This document shows, one piece after another, positions 58,150 through 64,000 of a stretch of DNA of 64,000 nucleotides; position 1 is the stretch's first letter; every line of letters starts with the position of its first letter. The DNA comes from an uncultured bacterium (GTDB taxonomy: Bacteria; Patescibacteriota; Minisyncoccia; UBA6257; GWB1-50-10). The stretch spans positions 216,420 through 280,419 of the forward strand of contig CAVYJB010000001.1 of assembly GCA_963768835.1 (NCBI GenBank). Reading direction: 5' to 3'. Below the pieces are notes generated by a model. The model did no database searches, was not told where the DNA came from, and saw only the letters and a list, made by a program, of their open reading frames with translations. Made by a program: the position numbers and the translations under genes.

Positions 58150-59261
58150 CTATTTGTCTTCAGCCCATTCAAACCTATCCTTGAGTCGGGCATATCTACT
58201 AAAAGGAATTTTTCCGAAGTGCTCAAGTCTGCCGATAACAATGCCCGTATCAATTTTTTCCTTCTCGGAGAATTTCTTTATGCATTCCATCGTATAGCAG
58301 TTGCCTTCTAGAAACTCATGAAAGTCTTTGCTTGGAATTAAGACCTCAGAAGCAAACTCGTTTGCCTTTAGCTCCTTCTCGCTTTTCTCATTAAGCCCAT
58401 TCTCAAAATCGATATTGAGCTCTCTTTTCCCATGAAGTAGGAGATGCCCTATCTCATGGAACAAACTTGAACCAAAATATATCGCATGACCGGTAGAGTA
58501 TACTCATTTGTATCATGGCTTTTTCTGGAGAAAGCCCACCTAGACACTCCATTGATGGGGGTGTTTTTTAGGCTCGGGGTTACAGTAAAGGCAACGCCAC
58601 ACTTCGATAAGATATTTTGGATCCCGTCTTGTATGGCCTTTGGTTTTTCAAGAATCAAGGCGCGGATTTGTGGTACGGCATCTCGAAGTTTTTCTGCATC
58701 GAATTTCTCTGTTGGAGCGCCCTGACAATCAACAATCCCTTTTCTCAGCCAAGCGGCCACAGATTGGGGAGATACCTTTCTTTTTTCAGACTTCCTGTAG
58801 AGTAAGGTGAGATCTCCCATTAACTCTCTCTTTACAACATCTTTTAAAGAAACGGCGCCGAAAAAGGAGCGAAGATTACCCACCATTTCAATCGAATCTC
58901 TTGTGGCAGGCACCCAATTCAGTTTCTCCATTTCAATATATGGGTAGGACGTTGAGATTTTTATCTCCTTACTCATAGCTTCTTGATCCCGAATTCTAGC
59001 TTTCACGTCCTGATAGTTAGATTCCAAGTTGTTCCAGACACCCGCGGGAATGCTCAAGACCTGTTCGAGTTGAATTACCGTCTCTGCAGTGATTGCTGTC
59101 TTGCCCTTTATAATTTCGTTTACCACTTGTAATGGCCGTTGCATTCTGCGGGCGAGATCGGCCTGGGTCATATTTCTTTCCTGAAGTGCCTCAAGTAAGG
59201 TTTCTCCCGGCGCTATCGGCAGTATTGGATAGTATGAAGTGAATTTTTTGAGCATGGTCAC
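58150..59261 (-). pseudogene. XRE-HTH / ImmA-IrrE metallopeptidase fusion (HigA-like antitoxin), frameshifted
   Basis: 58449..59261 carries HTH (MTQADLARRMQRPLQ) and peptidase N-part; 58150..58464 starts FHEIGHLLLH (HExxH); 16-nt overlap in different frames. Confidence 0.7.
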
Positions 59262-59605
59262 TTTTCCTTGTGGTAATTAATTTTTATCTCTGCGACTGAC
59301 AATGAGTCTATTTTATTCCAATCAACCCCCCCGTTCTCTTGAGTGTAAGTTCCAGGGTCGTTTTCAATATTAAAGATGATTCTGTCCGGCTCTACCAAAT
59401 GGACCCCAATTTGATGTTTCCTGTCATATTTTAACTCGTGCCACTTTCCTGGTGCATGCCGTAAATCAGCAAGGGTATTTGCGGAACGCGCTTGATCAAG
59501 TCGAAGAAAAATTTTCTTTGCCATAGGAACACCAAACGCTGCCTTGCATGTTCGGAGCGAAGTTAATTGGTGTCTGAGTTTCTGGGAAATAAAAACTTGC
59601 ATCAT
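59258..59605 (-). CDS. HigB-like (RelE/ParE superfamily) toxin
   Basis: PGKWHELKYDRKHQIGVHLVEPDRIIFNI matches the HigB killer-protein pattern; ATGA overlap with downstream antitoxin. Confidence 0.7.
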   Translation of the reverse strand: MMQVFISQKLRHQLTSLRTCKAAFGVPMAKKIFLRLDQARSANTLADLRHAPGKWHELKYDRKHQIGVHLVEPDRIIFNIENDPGTYTQENGGVDWNKIDSLSVAEIKINYHKEK

Positions 59606-60031
59606 TACTCAATTGGTGACTGATAGGTGGCCTAAGAATCGCTTTCTTAGCTTTGTCGGGTGAAAAGGCAATCATACTCATTATTATAGCATTCACCCTT
59701 TAGGTGAATACAATTGAAGCATATACGGCTCCGCTTTGCAAGAGCATACCTATACTGGTCGCTTCAAATCCCACTAGGCACTAATAGCCCCTGCCAGACC
59801 GACCTTTTTGGCTTCTCTTGCAAATAGCGCCCAATTATTCAACTCTAGTAGTATTGGGTTCCAACTTCGCATCACTTGGGGCACATGGTAGTGAGACCGA
59901 CCGAGGTGCGTCAATGCTGACGATTTCCGAGTCCGTCAAGGCGCACCCCGGAAGGACTCGAACCGAACCAAACGCTTTTTATCGGAAGGGTCGATAGGGG
60001 GTTCAGGTCTTGTTACCCGGATTTGAGCCCT

Positions 60032-61076
60032 TTATGTCCAGAACCAAATCTCGTTCTTGAGCCGCTCGCGGAGCGCATGGCCGTTCGCGTGCGAGAGCAC
60101 GCCAAGATACGACTGGAGCGATTGTTCGAGGCTTTGCATGCCGATGTCACCACGATGGTATTCCCGAATCCTTTCTCGGAACTTCTTGAATATCCGCCTC
60201 CTCGTTTTCGTGCGGACGAGACGGTGGTTCGGGAATACGTTGTATCCCAAGAAGTCCACCCCTTGATGCAGGGCGCGAATAGCAACCTTTTGCGGATGAA
60301 GCTCCAGCGAGAGCCGTTCCTTCAGAAAACGCGCAATCGGTGGTAGCATATCTTCCAGGTAGCCCTTGGTAGGAGAGACCACGACGAAATCGTCGGTATA
60401 TCGGAAGTAGTCCTTCACCCGCAGCTCGTGCTTCATAAAATGATCGAATTCGTGCATATATACGTTGGCGAAAAGCTGGGAGGTCAGATTGCCTATCGGC
60501 AATCCCTTGTGACTCTCTCTCTCTCGAGAGAGAGAGAGAGTAGCTCCCGACGATAGACTGGAGGAGCCACAGCGCGTTCTCGTCTGCTATCCTCCGTGCC
60601 AGGAGCGAGAGGAGGATTGCGTGATCCACGCTGTCGAAGAACTTCCGAATGTCACACTTGAGGACGAAGCACGGGCACGTGCCGTTCCTCCCGAGAGCCC
60701 GCGCACGTTCTTCAAGCCTCGCAACCCCCTTGTGGGTGCCGTAGCCCACGCGGCAGGAAAAGGAGGTCGGGATGAACGTTTCCTCGAAGATCGGGTTCAG
60801 GACCGCAACCACGGCGTGGTGCAGCACCCGGTCCCGCACCGTCGCTTTGTGGATGTGCCGCTGCTTCGGGTCGCGGATGTAGAAGCTTTGGTACGGGCCG
60901 TGCTGGTAGGTTTGGTTTTTCAGCTCGCGGTGGAGGCCGAAGATGTGCTCCTCAAGATGCCGCTCGAACCGCATGACATCGGGCTTATTCCGTTTTCCCC
61001 TCTTGAAGGAATCCCATGCTGAAAAGAGATTCTCCGGCGCGATGAGCCGGTCGAACAGGCCTCTATACACTTTCAT
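60032..61076 (-). pseudogene. DGR-type reverse transcriptase interrupted by a 28-nt palindromic insertion
   Basis: N-ORF 60147..61076 has RT motifs 1-3 (FVLKCDIRKFFDSVDH); C-ORF 60032..60502 has motif 4 LPIGNLTSQLFANVY (DGR-specific IGxxxSQ) and YTDDFVV; removing 60513..60540 restores frame. Confidence 0.85.
60513..60540. repeat. 28-nt (CT)6C/(GA)7G perfect palindrome inside the RT gene
   Basis: ctctctctctctc gagagagagagagag; exactly the length needed to explain the frame break. Confidence 0.9.
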
Positions 61077-61090
61077 GCTCTTATAAAGCC

Positions 61091-61441
61091 ATGGACGATT
61101 TCGACATCCCGATCTTCAAGAGAACCTACGACCTCTACAAAACCTTCTACGGGTACCGTGACGGCATCCAGAAGCAGGACCGCCACACCATCTGGCAGAA
61201 GTGCGAGAACATCATCCTCGAGATTCTCGAAGGGATACTCCTCGCGAGCCAGGCGTATAAATCCGAGAAGCTGCCGATCCTCGAGAGGGTCAGCGTGAAG
61301 CTGAATGTGCTGCGCGTCTTTCTCCGGCTGATGAAGGACGTCAAGATAATCGATAACAAGAAATACACGACCTTGGAGGGACTGGTGGACGAGATCGGAC
61401 GCATGCTCGGCGGGTGGATCAAGTCCTCGAGAGACCGATAA
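61091..61441 (+). CDS. avd: Avd-like accessory variability determinant (four-helix-bundle, 23S IVS protein family)
   Basis: 116 aa, IPIFKRTYDLYKTFYGY N-terminus typical of Avd/IVS proteins; located between RT and TR; divergent from RT with a 14-nt gap. Confidence 0.65.
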   Translation: MDDFDIPIFKRTYDLYKTFYGYRDGIQKQDRHTIWQKCENIILEILEGILLASQAYKSEKLPILERVSVKLNVLRVFLRLMKDVKIIDNKKYTTLEGLVDEIGRMLGGWIKSSRDR

Positions 61442-61487
61442 AAGAATGCCCCGCGTGGCGGGGCATTCAGCAATGGATGGAGGGGTG

Positions 61488-61607
61488 ACTGCCGGGCGGA
61501 GGCAAGACCGATGTTGTCGTTGCGGTTGTCGTCCCAGTTGTTGTTGACGTTCAAGCCGTCGGAATCGAAGTTGCCGACGTTGACCCGGTTGCCGTCCGAA
61601 TCCACAT
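61488..61607 (-). repeat. DGR template repeat (TR)
   Basis: 120 bp; differs from VR at 15 positions, all T on + strand (A on coding strand); coding-strand translation rich in AAC (Asn). Confidence 0.9.
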
Positions 61608-61962
61608 ATTGCCCGCTTCCGTCCGTGGCACCGGAGGTCGAGGGTTGCCGCTCAAAAGGAGCTTATATCCTCTCCCCCCTGAATTTCATTCGGGAGTAGC
61701 CCCTCCTGGGGCACCTCCACTAGAAGCGAGCAAGAAGTCCATCTCCATCCTTCGCCGCACGCTGCCGCAATCCGTGGACGGCGGCATTCTGGCGACATCT
61801 CAAAGGAGAGATATCTTGCGAGGCAAAGCCGTGACCGCGCCTGCATGAGCAAGATATGAAGAGTATAGCAAGCGGGCGTATGAAAAGAAATGAGCCTCCG
61901 GCGAAAATATCGCGCGGAGGCTCAAGGAATCAAGAGGGTCAAGCCCTCAAAGCTTCGAGGTT

Positions 61963-62739
61963 CTACCCGGACTTCCGGGCGGAGGCAAGACCGATGCTGT
62001 CGCCGCGGCCGCCGTCCCAGCCGCCGCTGACGTTCAAGCCGTCGGAACCGAAGCTGCCGACGATGACCCGGTAGCCGTCCGAATCCACATCCGAGGAGCG
62101 GACGTAGATCTTCTCGAAGAGCCGTTCGCCCGTCGCGAGGAAGTGGCCGATGATGGTGTAGACCATCACGCGTGCCGTGGGCACCTCCTCGTTCTTGCCG
62201 AGGAGCAGTTGCTGCTCGTCCCATGTCTTGCTCGTCGAGTTCTCGACCGGAGTCTTCCGCACAAGCTTCCATCCCATCTCTCCGCGATCCTTGGCGAAGG
62301 CCTGCTTGTTGTACCAATCCTGGCCATAGAACAGGCGCTGGCCGCTCGGGATTTTTCCGCCACGGATTTCGAGGATAGAGAGCGGGAAGACAACGACGAG
62401 AACGTGAGTGTCCTTGCAGCTCTCCAGCACGCCTTCCGTGAACGGGATCTCCGCGAGGGCGGCGAGTTGCTGCTTCGAGGGATTGAACCCGAAGTGCCCG
62501 ATCGCCTCCGCGACGCCGAAGAAGTTCTTGCCCATGATCTCGCAGGCACGCTTCTGACTCGTCGTCGGTTCGAAGCCACCGTTCTGGATCAGTCTCACCA
62601 CCTTCGTAGCGAGATCGTTCTCCTTCGAGATGATGACTTTCTGGGCGAGCTCGTCGGTGAGACCTGCGGCCTCGAGCTTCAGGAGCACTTCGTGTTCCTT
62701 ATGCACCGACAGGGTGCGGCTCATGATGGGTTCCATCAC
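61963..62739 (-). CDS. DGR target protein with C-terminal variable region (CLec-like ...GGWDGGRGDSIGLASA tail)
   Basis: 258 aa; AGGAGG RBS; VR encodes last ~40 aa. Confidence 0.8.
   Translation of the reverse strand: MMEPIMSRTLSVHKEHEVLLKLEAAGLTDELAQKVIISKENDLATKVVRLIQNGGFEPTTSQKRACEIMGKNFFGVAEAIGHFGFNPSKQQLAALAEIPFTEGVLESCKDTHVLVVVFPLSILEIRGGKIPSGQRLFYGQDWYNKQAFAKDRGEMGWKLVRKTPVENSTSKTWDEQQLLLGKNEEVPTARVMVYTIIGHFLATGERLFEKIYVRSSDVDSDGYRVIVGSFGSDGLNVSGGWDGGRGDSIGLASARKSG
61971..62090 (-). repeat. DGR variable repeat (VR) at the 3' end of the target gene
   Basis: 13 T-to-C and 2 T-to-A substitutions relative to TR (A-to-G/T on coding strand); palindrome cccggacttccggg at 61966..61979 at the VR end. 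Confidence 0.9.
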
Positions 62740-62808
62740 ATACCTCCTGTGGTTATAGATGACCGGAAATCTGTCCGGCGCAGTACCGCTTTTTCAAAGG
62801 GCAGTTAC

Positions 62809-62837
62809 ATTATACACTATAATATCGAGAATGTCAA
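62809..62837 (-). promoter_or_regulatory. consensus sigma70 promoter driving the DGR target gene
   Basis: minus strand reads TTGACA - 17 nt - TATAAT, about 65 nt upstream of the start codon. Confidence 0.7.
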
Positions 62838-63093
62838 ATCTAGCAGCAGGAGACCTGTTATGCTCAGCGGGCCGTCTTTCTAGGAGATTTTGACCTCCTT
62901 CTTCGCCATCGTGATCTTGCTCCGCAGGCAGGCCAAGAGTTCCCGCTTCTCAGGTATCGTCCCGTCCCGCAGGACGCATCAAATGGCACCAAGGAGTGGG
63001 GATCACCATTGCGCTCACCAGCGTGCTTATCCTTTTCGCTCTCACAGCACGATAACACACCACTTTTCAAACAGGATCGGATCGGTTATACAT

Positions 63094-63166
63094 AGGTAGA
63101 CATCCCCCCATAGCTCAATTGGTAGAGCTGCTCCCTCTTAAGGAGAAGGTTCTAGGTTCGAGTCCT
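63094..63166 (+). tRNA. tRNA-Lys (anticodon CTT), C1:G72, no encoded CCA
   Basis: manual fold: acceptor CCCCCCA/TGGGGGG, U8 A9, D-arm GCTC-AATTGGTA-GAGC, anticodon loop CTCTTAA, T-arm CTAGG-TTCGAGT-CCTAG; one G:A mismatch at 27:43. Confidence 0.75.
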
Positions 63167-64000
63167 AGTGGGGGGACCGAGATAGTCATGCGGCGCAGCA
63201 TTTTTGATCCAGCCCCCTTCCGAGGCTCCTTTTCTGTTTTTGGTCTCTTAATAGAGACTGCGGCAATCCCTATTTAATTGACACTGGGTTCTAGAGAGCG
63301 ATAGGATGGGAAAAGCAATTCAGTACCTTCCTAATTGAACAATCATGCGGAGGATCCCGTGCAAACTCGACCCAACAATGGGTTGCGCCAAGACGGAATC
63401 CTTGCGCAACTCTCGAAAGTAATCCGAGCAAATGGAGAACGGGTGCCACACTATCGAGGTGGCTATCTCTCTCTGCGCCAGATCAATGTCCTTGCGCAAC
63501 CCCGAAAAACGTTCGCGAATGTGCGCGAACTCGCAGATGATAATGCACAGAAAGGGCAGCTGCATCCGATCGTCGTTGCGCGATTCACCCGAAGCGGATG
63601 CGAACGATACCTCGCGCTCGTAAATGAGCTCTGGGGGACTTCATTCCGAATGTCCGACCTCGTCGTGAATCGGATGCGTCACGACGTGTTCTTCGATGTG
63701 CTCCTTGCCGGCGAACGGAGATACCGCGCGCTCTCGCTCCTCTGGAGGGAAGGGTGCTCGAAGTGCAGGGAAGAATACGGCCGCGAACTAAAGGGTCGAT
63801 GTTTCCGGAGGCATTTCGGCCGGCAGAATGATACGATCGAAGCCCGCATTTCGACGTCTATCATCCCTCTCCACGCGCTCTTCCTGCAACTCTCGGAAAA
63901 TACGCACATGGCGGTGCCTCCCCATGAAGAGGCACATGCGTATACTCTTCTTTTCCGGCTGATCCGACACGGGAATGCCGATTTCACACTCGCCGCATTC

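Larger units (their letters stand above)
50532..59605. mobile_element. tRNA-Arg-associated integrative island (PICI/satellite-like) carrying Type III R-M and a toxin-antitoxin pair
   Basis: serine integrase at tRNA, two TerS homologs, XRE/ImmA regulator, defense cargo, AT-rich. Confidence 0.65.
60032..62739. other. diversity-generating retroelement locus (RT, avd, TR, target gene with VR)
   Basis: see component features. Confidence 0.85.

Noticed and set aside
59880-60010. Possible tmRNA, SRP RNA or RNase P RNA
   Set aside because: It starts GGGGCAC and contains CCGGAAGGA, but lacks the tRNA-like acceptor/T-arm pairing of tmRNA and the conserved SRP domain IV sequence. It is listed only as a tRNA-like fragment.
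60513-60540. (CT)n(GA)n tract as a CRISPR or microsatellite locus
   Set aside because: It is a single perfect palindrome with no spacer-repeat periodicity.
61488-62090. Two 120-bp direct repeats as a CRISPR array or a gene duplication
   Set aside because: There are only two copies, they are protein-coding in the same frame, and all 15 mismatches are at adenines of one copy, which is the DGR TR/VR signature.
63300-64000. Repeated ccttgcgcaac motifs and short ORFs at the window end
   Set aside because: No ORF of 100 aa or more has a start signal, and the minus ORF 63679..63987 is Arg/Ser-rich low complexity. The region was left unannotated.

Overview
This 64-kb window comes from a bacterium whose GC content is mostly high (about 60%) but which carries several AT-richer accessory islands. 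One protein ends in a T9SS-type C-terminal sorting domain, which hints at an FCB-group affinity; this is inference.

Housekeeping genes present are cysS, dnaB, recR, rplU, nadK, a CCA-adding enzyme, CorA, an MFS transporter, and tRNA-Pro, tRNA-Ala, tRNA-Arg, tRNA-Lys plus one aberrant tRNA.

Five accessory regions stand out:
1. **RiPP-like cluster, 4.8-11 kb.** A Cys/Asp-rich precursor peptide with repeated C-x-x-D motifs sits upstream of a radical SAM/SPASM enzyme, an M16 peptidase and four tandem HExxH (gluzincin-like) paralogs.
2. **Cell-surface glycosylation block, 16-33 kb.** Tandem collagen-like (GPT-repeat) proteins with a shared C-terminal domain lie next to two GT-C/PMT-like TPR glycosyltransferases, a deoxysugar C-methylation pathway and a GT2.
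3. **Island at the tRNA-Ala 3' end, 43.4-48.5 kb.** A frameshifted large serine recombinase is bracketed by a ~125-bp inverted repeat. A ~267-bp inverted repeat then brackets AT-rich cargo: an XRE regulator, a secreted trypsin-like protease and a hypothetical. Each repeat boundary sits on a copy of the tRNA 3' terminus.
4. **PICI-like defense island at tRNA-Arg, 50.5-59.6 kb.** It encodes a second large serine recombinase, two small-terminase homologs, a Type III restriction-modification pair and a HigB / HTH-ImmA toxin-antitoxin pair.
5. **Diversity-generating retroelement (DGR), 60.0-62.7 kb.** The reverse transcriptase has the IGxxxSQ motif and is interrupted by a 28-nt perfect (CT)n(GA)n palindrome. 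Avd, a 120-bp TR/VR pair differing only at TR adenines (15 of 15 mismatches), and a C-terminally variable target protein driven by a consensus sigma70 promoter complete the locus.

Three genes are frameshifted, all inside mobile islands. No CRISPR array or rRNA was seen.
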